A stretch of DNA of 64,000 bases from the NCBI GenBank assembly GCA_036272915.1, contig DATAXV010000112.1, forward strand, positions 22,510 to 86,509. The letters run 5' to 3'. A program made the translations under genes and the position numbers. Below, in pieces: positions 48,801 to 56,004 of the stretch (its first letter is position 1; each line of letters opens with the position of its first letter). A model generated the notes under the pieces. That model saw nothing but the letters and a program-made list of their open reading frames with translations. It had not been told where the DNA came from and ran no database searches. This DNA comes from Candidatus Dormiibacterota bacterium (GTDB lineage: Bacteria; Chloroflexota; Dormibacteria; Dormibacterales; Dormibacteraceae).

Positions 48801-49383
48801 AGAGCTGGAGCGGCTCGTCTTCCCCCGCCAGCCCGCCCACGACCGGATCTGCCTGGCCGACTTCTTCCGCCCGCTGGAGACCGGCGTGCGCGACGTCTGC
48901 GCCCTCCAGGCGGTCACCATCGGCGACGACGCGACCGCGCGCTCCAAGCTTCTCGAGGCGGAGGGAGAGTTCGCCGAGCAGCTCTTCGTCCACGGCCTTT
49001 CCGTGCAGACGGCGGAGGCGACCGCCGAGTGGCTGCACGCCCGGGTCCGTCGCGACCTCGGCATCGAGCCGGACCAGGGCCGGCGCTACTCCTGGGGCTA
49101 CCCGGCCTGCCCCGAGCAGTCGGAGCACGAGAAGGTCTTCCGCCTGCTCGACGCGCCGTCGATCGGGCTGCGCCTGTCGGGTGGCTTCGCCCTGGAGCCG
49201 GAGCAGTCGACGGTGGCGCTGATCGTCCACCACCCCCAGGCCCTCTACTTCGCGATGCGGTCGGGCAAGCTGCAGGACCGCAAGATGCCGGACGAGGTGA
49301 TCGCCGGCTCCAGGCGGGACCCGCGCCTCTATCTCGCCGACGAGGGGGCCACGGAGGGGGCCACGGAGCCGCTCGAGGTCTGA
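45847..49383 (+). CDS. metH: cobalamin-dependent methionine synthase
   Basis: 1178 aa with the full Hcy-, pterin-, B12- (DVHDIGK) and AdoMet-activation-domain order. Confidence 0.95.
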   Translation: MPDFLDAVASRTVVFDGGMGATLEMFDLTPQDYGGLQGKCHEALVLNRPDVIEGVHLSMLDAGADVLETCTFQASRLKLAEWGLEAHTLEINRRAAEIARRAAGSHRFVAGSIGPTGQLPASDDPSLGQMTFADLVPIFREQAEGLLVGGADLLIIETAQDILEVKAAIFGAREAFRATGREVPIQCSVSLLAQGGTMLLGTPIDAVLTTLEGLRVDVVGLNCSTGPEAMRDAIRFLGENSTRPIHCIPNAGIPLQGPNGETIFPEGPEPFSATLGEYVERFGVGIVGGCCGTTPDHIRAVVERVRPVAVRPRPPAGEARLSSMISSAPLAQEPAPTIVGERVNSQGSRRAKRMLLADDYDGLLRIAEDQVQGGAHVLDICVALTERQDEAEQMRQLCKRISLTQPAPIQIDSTEPDVLRIALEQIPGRPIINSINLEAGRAKLDLVTPMAIAHGAALIALTIDEVGMAKTAERKLEVARRIHQLACEEHGLDPRFLIFDALTFTLTTGDQEWRHSAIETIEGIRRIKAELPEVRTSLGVSNVSFGISPRARAVLNSVFLHHCVEAGLDLAMVHPNDITPYPEIPADERELCDDLVLDRRDDALERLIGHFEAQGGEQAVEMADATEGMEPEEALHHHILRRRKEGVEDWIDRSVEKIGAVPTLNDVLLPAMKEVGDKFGAGELILPFVLQSAEVMKRAVARLERYLDRIEGYTKGTVILATVFGDVHDIGKSLVNTILSNNGYTVVDLGKQVPIGTIVDAAKEHKATAIGLSALLVSTSKQMPLCVAELHQQGLDFPVLLGGAAINRDFGLRCLYPMGQESDEVYEPGVFYCKDAFEGLHHMEELVDPDARARLLGQVREQARRLRERPAAAPAAPTDDDSVRSAARIDVPVPTPPYWGAREIPVGLDEIYPHIDTHVLFKLHWGGRGVKGEAWQRLVGDDFMPRLERMWQEQDYLCPRAKLGYFPCNSSGNEVILWDPEDPDRELERLVFPRQPAHDRICLADFFRPLETGVRDVCALQAVTIGDDATARSKLLEAEGEFAEQLFVHGLSVQTAEATAEWLHARVRRDLGIEPDQGRRYSWGYPACPEQSEHEKVFRLLDAPSIGLRLSGGFALEPEQSTVALIVHHPQALYFAMRSGKLQDRKMPDEVIAGSRRDPRLYLADEGATEGATEPLEV

Positions 49384-50279
49384 CCGCCGGCGATCGCGAT
49401 CAGCCGGCTCGCCGCCGGGCTGAGCGTTCTCCCGTTGTCCCAGACGGCCCGGATCGTCCGCTCCAGCCGGAGGTCGGCGCAGGGCACCGCCGCCAGCTGG
49501 CCGGCCCTGATCTCCGACTCCACGGCGAGAGCCGAGATGACGGCAGGCCCGGTGCCGGCGATGGCCACCGCCTTGATCGCCGTGGTCGACGCCAGCTCCA
49601 TCAGAGGGCGGACCTCGAAACCGTGCTCGGCGAGCGCGTCGGTGAGGATGTCCCTGGTCCCCGACCCCGGCTCGCGCAGCACGACGGGAGTGCGCGACAG
49701 CTCGCCCGCGGTGACCGGCCGGCGGCGCCGGGCCCAGCGGTGATCGCGGCCGACGACGATCACCAGGCGGTCGGGCATGAGGTCGCGGGACCGCAGCCGC
49801 CCCGGCGGTCGCGGCCCCTCGATGAAGCCCAGATCGACCTCCCCCTGGGCGACCAGGTCGGCGACGTGGGCCGTGTTGCCCATCTCCAGGGAGACGTCGA
49901 CGGCGGGAAGGGCGGCCGCCAGCTGCCGCAGCCATCCCGGGATCAGGTACTCGGCCACGGTCAGGCTCGCCGCCAGGCGCAGGTGGGAGCGCTCGTCCGA
50001 GCGCAGGGCGGCGGTGCCGGCCAGGAGCGAGCGCATCTCGTGCAGGACGGCCCCCGCCCACTCCGCGGTCGCGGTCCCGGCCGGGGTCAGTCGCGATCCG
50101 GTGCGGACGCGTTCGAGCAGCCTCAGACCGAGCACCCGCTCCAGGGCGCGCAGGCGCATGCTCGCCGCCGGCTGGCTGACGTGGTGGGCCTCGGCGGCGG
50201 CGCTGATCGAGCCGAGCTCGCCGACCGAGACGAGCAGGTCCAGCGCCGCCAGATCCGGCGCCGGCTGCGACAGTGGCAT
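49329..50279 (-). CDS. LysR family transcriptional regulator
   Basis: HTH GSISAAAEAHHVSQPAASMRLRALERVLG. The 3' end overlaps the metH 3' end convergently by 55 nt. Confidence 0.85.
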   Translation of the reverse strand: MPLSQPAPDLAALDLLVSVGELGSISAAAEAHHVSQPAASMRLRALERVLGLRLLERVRTGSRLTPAGTATAEWAGAVLHEMRSLLAGTAALRSDERSHLRLAASLTVAEYLIPGWLRQLAAALPAVDVSLEMGNTAHVADLVAQGEVDLGFIEGPRPPGRLRSRDLMPDRLVIVVGRDHRWARRRRPVTAGELSRTPVVLREPGSGTRDILTDALAEHGFEVRPLMELASTTAIKAVAIAGTGPAVISALAVESEIRAGQLAAVPCADLRLERTIRAVWDNGRTLSPAASRLIAIAGGQTSSGSVAPSVAPSSAR

Positions 50280-50349
50280 AAGGGAACCTTATAACGGGAT
50301 CAGCGGAACATCGGTTCCAGGCCGGTCCAGCGCGCCCCAGCATGGAGGC

Positions 50350-51465
50350 ATGTCCGCCAGCTCGAGGCCATCCCGGATCCCGGGTCGGAGCGCTCGCGCA
50401 CCGATCGAGATCCCCCATCTCGGGCGGCTCGGCGGGCTGCTCCCGGGTGTCGCCGCGGCGGCGGTGATCGCGGCGGTGGCGACACTGCTCGGCAGAATGC
50501 TGCCGGTCGTCGGCGCCCCCGTCATCGCCATCCTCATCGGGATCGCGGTCTCGACCGCGGTGCCCGCCTCGGACCGCCTCCGCCCCGGCCTGGCCTTCAC
50601 GGGCAAGCGCGTGCTCCAGGGGTCGATCGTGATCCTCGGCCTTGGCCTCTCGCTGGGCCAGGTGCTGTCCACCGGCCTGAGCTCGCTGCCCGTGCTCCTG
50701 GGCACGCTGGTGATCGCGCTGGCCGTGGCCTGGGTCGTCGGCCGGGCGCTGGGGCTGCGCTCCAGCGTCAGAACCCTGATCGGCGTCGGGACCGCCATCT
50801 GCGGCGCGTCCGCGATCGCGGCGGTGGATGCCGTGATCGGCGCCGCCGGGGCGGATGTGAGCTACGCGGTCGCCACCATCTTCACCTTCAACGTCGTCGC
50901 CGTCCTCCTCTACCCCACCCTCGGCCACCTTCTCGGCCTCTCCCAGCACGCCTTCGGCCTCTGGGCCGGCACCGCCATCAACGACACCTCCTCGGTGGTC
51001 GCGGCTTCCACCATCTACGGCCACGCCGCCGCCACCTACGGCGTCGTCGTCAAGCTCACCCGGACGCTGGCCATCATCCCCATCTGCCTGGGCCTGGCGG
51101 TGTGGCGCGGCATGAGCGCCAGGCGGGGCGAGGTCGCCGAGCAGGTGACGGTCGGTGAGGGTGGCCGGCCGGGACCGCGGCCCGGGTTCCAGCTCCGCCA
51201 GGTGGTGCCGGTGTTCATCCTCGGCTTCGTCGCCGCGGTCGCCGTCAACACCGTCGGTCTGGTCCCGGGACACTGGCACGCGGCCCTCTCCGAACTGGCC
51301 ACGTGGATGATCACCGCCGCCCTCGCCGCGATCGGCCTCTCGACCCGCCTGGACAGCATCCGCCGCGCCGGCCTGCGCCCGATCCTCCTCGGCGGCGTCC
51401 TCTGGGCCACCGTCGGCGTCACCAGCCTCACCCTCCAGGGCCTGACCGGATCGGTCCGGCTCTGA
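50350..51465 (+). CDS. YeiH/UPF0324 family membrane protein (putative sulfate exporter family)
   Basis: Start at MSASSRP (ATG 50350, GGAGG RBS). The GTAICGASAIAA motif is present. It is divergent from the LysR gene, as in yeiE-yeiH pairs. Confidence 0.8.
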   Translation: MSASSRPSRIPGRSARAPIEIPHLGRLGGLLPGVAAAAVIAAVATLLGRMLPVVGAPVIAILIGIAVSTAVPASDRLRPGLAFTGKRVLQGSIVILGLGLSLGQVLSTGLSSLPVLLGTLVIALAVAWVVGRALGLRSSVRTLIGVGTAICGASAIAAVDAVIGAAGADVSYAVATIFTFNVVAVLLYPTLGHLLGLSQHAFGLWAGTAINDTSSVVAASTIYGHAAATYGVVVKLTRTLAIIPICLGLAVWRGMSARRGEVAEQVTVGEGGRPGPRPGFQLRQVVPVFILGFVAAVAVNTVGLVPGHWHAALSELATWMITAALAAIGLSTRLDSIRRAGLRPILLGGVLWATVGVTSLTLQGLTGSVRL

Positions 51466-51560
51466 CCGCCTCCAGGCCCTGCCGAATATTTGCCTAGGTG
51501 ACCCGCGAAGAGGGCATCCCTTACGCTGTTGATCGAGCGCACCCCAGAGGTGCGACAGCC

Positions 51561-52841
51561 ATGGATGCGGGATCTGGACCACCAATTTGGGCACGGCGGA
51601 TCAGGCAGTACCGGATGCTCGGTGCCTGGTCGCAGCAGGATCTGGCCGGGGAGCTGAACCGGCTGGATCCGCAGGCGCGGCTGGACGGGAACACGGTCAG
51701 CAGATGGGAGCGGGGCCTGTACCGCCCCAGCCCCTTCTACGCCCGGCTGCTGGCGAGCTGCTTCCATGTGACCCCGGCCGAGCTGGCGCTGGTGGACACC
51801 GGATCACAGGAGGACTTCGTGCACCGACGTGACTTCCTGCGCGACTCGATGGGGATGGCCGCCGCGATCGGATCGGCCGCCGCCGTGCCCATCGAGAGGA
51901 TCCAGCACGTCTTCGGCGGTCGGGCGGGCGTGGACGCCCAATCGGTGTCGGCGATGGCGGACGTCCTCCTCTCACTGGAGAAGCTGCAGCGCCACATCGC
52001 GCCCGCCGCCCTGCTCGGCCCCGCCGTCGGCCATCTCCAGGCGATGACCGCCGCCCTGCGCTCGTCGATGTCGGGCGGCCTCCGGCGTGGGCTCTCCTCG
52101 ATGGCCGCGGAGACGGCCTGCATGGTCGGTTCGCTCAAGCACGCCAGCGGCGACCCCGACGGCGCCGTCCACTACTTCGAGCTGGGCCTCCGGGCGGCTC
52201 GGGAGGGGGACGACGACGCCATGGGCGTCTACATCGCCGGTCAGCGGGCGATGTGCGAGCGCGACGACGGGCGGATCTCGGTCGCCGACTCCGAGCGGAT
52301 CTTCTCGGAGGGGGCATACGGCTTCAGCGCCCAGGCGGCGACGACGCCGGCCCGCGTCTGGCTGCTCGCCAAGGCGGCCGACGCGCACGCCCAGATGGGT
52401 GACGAGAGCGCGGCGATGCGCGCGCTGGACTCGGCGCGGGAACTGCTCAACCGCCGCCAGGTGGAGGGGGAGCCGGTGCGTCCCCGGACGGCGCCGTCGA
52501 GCTGGGACCAGCGGTGGCTGGACGGCGAGGTCGGGACCACCCTGTCGCGACTGGGTGCCACCGACCGGGCCCGTGACGCGCTCGACGCCGCGCTGGTCGC
52601 GATCACTCCCGAGCTGCGGATCGATCAGCTCTGGCTGCTGCTGGCCAAATCCCGCACCTACATCGACGACCGTGAGCCGGAGGAGGCGTCGCGCCTCGCC
52701 CTGCAGGTGCTGGCCGAGGCTCGACAGCTGAACTACCCGCCGCTGATGGCGGAGGTGCAGACGCTGGGCGAGAGGCTCCGGTACTGGCGGCGGAGGCCGC
52801 GGGTGGGCGAGCTCCGCGAGGCCCTCGCCGAGATCGCCTGA
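51561..52841 (+). CDS. XRE-family HTH regulator with a long helical (TPR-like) C-terminal domain
   Basis: HTH IRQYRMLGAWSQQDLAGELN...NTVSRWERG. Start placed at MDAGSGPP. Confidence 0.7.
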   Translation: MDAGSGPPIWARRIRQYRMLGAWSQQDLAGELNRLDPQARLDGNTVSRWERGLYRPSPFYARLLASCFHVTPAELALVDTGSQEDFVHRRDFLRDSMGMAAAIGSAAAVPIERIQHVFGGRAGVDAQSVSAMADVLLSLEKLQRHIAPAALLGPAVGHLQAMTAALRSSMSGGLRRGLSSMAAETACMVGSLKHASGDPDGAVHYFELGLRAAREGDDDAMGVYIAGQRAMCERDDGRISVADSERIFSEGAYGFSAQAATTPARVWLLAKAADAHAQMGDESAAMRALDSARELLNRRQVEGEPVRPRTAPSSWDQRWLDGEVGTTLSRLGATDRARDALDAALVAITPELRIDQLWLLLAKSRTYIDDREPEEASRLALQVLAEARQLNYPPLMAEVQTLGERLRYWRRRPRVGELREALAEIA

Positions 52842-52856
52842 CCGGAGCCGGCCGGA

Positions 52857-53009
52857 TCAGCCCAGGTAGAGACCGGCCACCTGCATCGCCTGGGCGCACT
52901 CGCGGTCGCAGTAGCCCTGGCCCTCGGGAAGATCGCGGCCGCACCAGGAGCAGCGCGGCTCGGTGCTGTCCGCTCCGCCTAGGACGAGCTCGATACGCCT
53001 CCTGGCCAT
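52857..53009 (-). CDS. possible small zinc-ribbon protein
   Basis: 50 codons, MARRRIELVLGG...CSWC...CDREC. GAGGG lies 4 nt upstream. Support is weak. Confidence 0.25.
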   Translation of the reverse strand: MARRRIELVLGGADSTEPRCSWCGRDLPEGQGYCDRECAQAMQVAGLYLG

Positions 53010-53482
53010 GACCCTCACCGTCTCCGCCTTCCACACCCTGCGCCTGCTCGTGATCGCCACGTCGCACCTCCCGACACCCGAACTGCCTGATCCATATCTC
53101 ACGGTAGGAGCGACCGGGGAAACGGTCTTCGTCAGGTGCGCACGAAGGAAGGCGCCGGAATCTAAGGGATCCGCCCGGGTCGGGCCGGCCCTTACAACCT
53201 GCCTCCCTGGCCGGGGATCAGGGCTCGGCGACTCGCTGCACCACGGGGTTGACCGAGCCGAGTCCTCGGCTGATCGGCGTGGGCGGCATCGTGCTTCTCT
53301 GCCTGGCCGCACCGACAGTTCGCGGTAGTCCGCTCTTCCTGCTGCTGACGGGCGTGCTCCTGCTGGCTCGGTCGCCGGCCACACGTACACGAAATGCCAC
53401 ACCACGGCGCTCTGAGCCGCCCAGCCATGACTCCCACCTGCCGATCAGGTGTCAGATGAGAAGGCTCGCGCCCCTGCTGAGA

Positions 53483-54385
53483 TCAGACCGGAGAGAGCTC
53501 ACCAACCCGAGCCTCGGTCAGCGCGGCGCGAATCTCGTCCCGCAGTCCCGGCCCCGCGGGCTGAAGCGGACGCCGAGGATAGCCGACCGCGCGGCCCTGG
53601 AGATTGATCGCGCATTTCAGACGGGTGGTCATGTCCGGCCGGTCCAGCACCCGCCAAACCGGAAGCAGGCGCTCGTGCAGGTCAAGCGCGGTGGTCAGGT
53701 CCTGAGCCTGGCACGCGTCCCAGAGTTTGACCGATAGCCCAGGCGCCACGCTCAGAATGCCGGCCACGGCGCCGTGCGCCCCGAGGAGATAGGACGCGTG
53801 TAGAAGGGCGTCGACAGCGCTCAGAACCCTCAGCCCGCTTCCGGTCTTACGAACGGCTCGCAGGAGGTCGGCGAGCTTGTGAATGTCGCCTCCACTCTGC
53901 TTGACGGCCACGACCCATTGCAGATCTGCGAGCCGAATCAGGGTCTCCGGCATGATGGTGTTCCAGGGCACGACGTTGTAGATGACGATCGGGAGGCGGA
54001 CGGCCTCTCCGATCTCCTCGTAGTAGCCGATGGTTCCCTCGACATCAGGCGCGAACAGGTAGTGGACCGGTGTGATCTGCAAACCGTCCACACCGGCGTC
54101 TTTCAGCGCTTTCCCGTACCGGATCACGGCCCTCGTCGAGTCCTGGATGATCCCGCTCACCACCGGGACCCGGCCCCCGGCCTCCTCGACGGCGATCCTG
54201 GCCAACTGGAGCGATTCCGCCTCGGTCAGGGTGTGGCCCTCACCCGTGCTACCGCTGACCGTCAAACCGTGAACACCCGCGTCCAGGCAGTACCGCACCT
54301 CGTCACGGAACGCCCCCTCATCGATGTCCTCGTTGCGGTCGAACGGCGTCACGAGTGGTGGAATCACGCCCTTCAGATCCAGCAT
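53483..54385 (-). CDS. dihydrodipicolinate synthase / N-acetylneuraminate lyase family (DapA-like) aldolase
   Basis: Start at MLDLKGVIPPLVTPF (ATG 54385, GGAGG 8 nt upstream). Motifs GSTGEG, IVIYNVP and the Schiff-base Lys in VAVKQSGGD. Confidence 0.8.
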   Translation of the reverse strand: MLDLKGVIPPLVTPFDRNEDIDEGAFRDEVRYCLDAGVHGLTVSGSTGEGHTLTEAESLQLARIAVEEAGGRVPVVSGIIQDSTRAVIRYGKALKDAGVDGLQITPVHYLFAPDVEGTIGYYEEIGEAVRLPIVIYNVVPWNTIMPETLIRLADLQWVVAVKQSGGDIHKLADLLRAVRKTGSGLRVLSAVDALLHASYLLGAHGAVAGILSVAPGLSVKLWDACQAQDLTTALDLHERLLPVWRVLDRPDMTTRLKCAINLQGRAVGYPRRPLQPAGPGLRDEIRAALTEARVGELSPV

Positions 54386-54553
54386 TTCGAGTACCTCCGT
54401 CGATCGGGTGGCCATATCTGCGACGCGTACGCGTATTGCCGCTCCCGGAGCTGATCCGAGGAAGGCCTGAGTCCCTTCTGGCGGCGGCGAGGATACGCCT
54501 GTGTTGAGCATAGCCAACGACGACTGGGGAGCGATCCGGCCCTGAGCCGACCG

Positions 54554-55744
54554 TCATGGCAGGCGCCTCCGGAGCTCGGCGATCAGGGCCTCGACGCCCA
54601 TCTCACGCTGCTCGTCGCCCAGCCGCACGGCGAGCGTGTCGCTGGCCTGCTCCCGGTCGCCCATCACCGCCACGCAGGGGACGCGCCGCTCGGCCGCCGC
54701 CCGGATCTGTGCCGGCAGGCGCTCGCTTCCGTCACCGACCTCGACTCGGAAGCCCACCTCCCGGAGACGGGAGGCGGCGCTCCGGGCCGCCCCCACGTGC
54801 CGGCCCGCGATCGGCGCGACCGCCACCTGCACCGGCGCCAGGAAGAGCGGCAGCCACCCCCGCGTCTCCTCCAGCAGGAGGCCGAGGAAGCGTTCGAAGG
54901 AACCGGCGATGGCGCGATGGATGACGACCGGCGCCTCCCGCGCGCCCCGCTCGTTGACATACGCGCAGCCGAAGCGTTGGGGCATGAACTGGTCGATCTG
55001 GAGCGTGCCCGTCTGCCAGGGCCGGCCCTGGCCGTCGCGCATCAGGATGTCGAGCTTGGGCGCGTAGAAGGCACCCTCCCCCTCGACCACCTCGTAGCCG
55101 CCGGGCGCGATCTGATCGACGATGCAGCGCAGCAGCTCCGTCGACCGCCTCCATTCGGCGTCGTCGCCGATGTGGTCCCTGGGCGCCGTCCCCAGGCGCA
55201 GCTCGAACTCGAGGCCGAAGAGCCGGTACAGCCCGCGCGCGAACTCGAGGACCCGGCCGAACTCCTCCTCCACCTGGGACGGGGCCACGAAGATGTGCGT
55301 GTCGTCCTGGCGGAGGCTCTGCACCCGGAAGAGACCGGACAGCACGCCGGAGAGCTCGTTCCGGTGAAGGACATCCTCGCAGAACCAGCGAAGGGGGAGC
55401 TCGCGATAGCTGTGAGGTCGGGAGGCGAAGAGCAGCATCGAGCAGGGGCAGTTGCTCGGCTTGATGCCGAATCGCCGGTCGCCGGCTGTCGCGAAGAACA
55501 TCGACTCCTCGTAGTGGGGGACGTGGCCGGACGTCTCGTACACGGAGACGTCGGCCAGCTGCGGGGTGGAGATCTCCTGGTAGCCGTTTCGGAGGTGCTC
55601 GCGCAGGAAGTACTCGCGGAGCGCCCGGATCACGGTCATCCCCCGCGGCAGCCAGTAGGCCATGCCCGGGGAGGTGGCCTCGAAGTGAGCAAGGTCCAGC
55701 TCCTGCAGCCAGTGACGGTGGTTGACCTCCTGGTCGGCATCCAT
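54554..55744 (-). CDS. threonyl-tRNA synthetase paralogue lacking the N-terminal TGS and editing domains (catalytic core plus anticodon-binding domain only)
   Basis: Begins at the start of the class II core: HRHWLQELDLAHFEATSPGMAYWLPRG. Motifs KPSNCPC, YRELPLR, HRNELSGVLSGLFRVQSLRQDDTHIF, GAFYAPKLD, QTGTLQIDQFMPQRF and VIHRAIAGSFERF. The Zn-ligand positions Cys/His/His are conserved. Confidence 0.85.
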   Translation of the reverse strand: MDADQEVNHRHWLQELDLAHFEATSPGMAYWLPRGMTVIRALREYFLREHLRNGYQEISTPQLADVSVYETSGHVPHYEESMFFATAGDRRFGIKPSNCPCSMLLFASRPHSYRELPLRWFCEDVLHRNELSGVLSGLFRVQSLRQDDTHIFVAPSQVEEEFGRVLEFARGLYRLFGLEFELRLGTAPRDHIGDDAEWRRSTELLRCIVDQIAPGGYEVVEGEGAFYAPKLDILMRDGQGRPWQTGTLQIDQFMPQRFGCAYVNERGAREAPVVIHRAIAGSFERFLGLLLEETRGWLPLFLAPVQVAVAPIAGRHVGAARSAASRLREVGFRVEVGDGSERLPAQIRAAAERRVPCVAVMGDREQASDTLAVRLGDEQREMGVEALIAELRRRLP

Positions 55745-55764
55745 GTCGAATCTCCTCAGAAATG

Positions 55765-55795
55765 AAAAAAGCCCCCGCCCTGTTCGGGCGGGGGC
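55765..55795 (-). terminator. rho-independent terminator 20 nt upstream of the ThrRS-like start codon
   Basis: On the minus strand, GCCCCCGCCC-GAACA-GGGCGGGGGC is a perfect 10-bp stem followed by TTTTTT. Then comes CATTTCTGAGGAGATTCGAC and the ATG. Confidence 0.85.
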
Positions 55796-55810
55796 TTCCT
55801 GGCTCCTTCG

Positions 55811-55903
55811 CTAGCCTGCAGGCGGTGCGTGCAGGCGCGAGCAGCTTGCCCCCACGGCAGTGGTCGTAGTGAAGGAGCTGAACCGGACCACGTGCTGTCG
55901 CAT
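55811..55903 (-). CDS. candidate Thr-rich leader peptide (30 aa)
   Basis: MRQHVVRFSSFTTTTAVGASCSRLHAPPAG, with ACT ACG ACC ACT at 55870..55859. Its stop is 15 nt before the terminator 5' arm. The SD is weak (AAGG). Confidence 0.45.
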   Translation of the reverse strand: MRQHVVRFSSFTTTTAVGASCSRLHAPPAG

Positions 55904-56004
55904 CGCCTTGCCCGGCATTGTGCCATGGATCGTCCCCCGCCGCCGATCCCTCCGTCGAGGGCGGCTCCACAGTGAGCCCGGCCGCCGGAGGAGGCGGGCG
56001 GAGG

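Noticed and set aside
53249-53737. 162-aa plus-strand ORF in the 53.0-53.5 kb gap
   Set aside because: It overlaps the 3' end of the DapA-like gene on the opposite strand, has no RBS, and has an Arg/Pro/Leu-rich composition without motifs.
55745-56004. T-box riboswitch upstream of the ThrRS-like gene
   Set aside because: An aaRS gene preceded by a terminator suggested a T-box. However, no T-box sequence (AANNNGGGUGGNACCGCG-like), no recognisable stem I/specifier loop and no AG/GNRA elements were found. The closest string, CGUGGUCCGGUU, is a poor match and lies inside the leader ORF. The leader-peptide model fits better.
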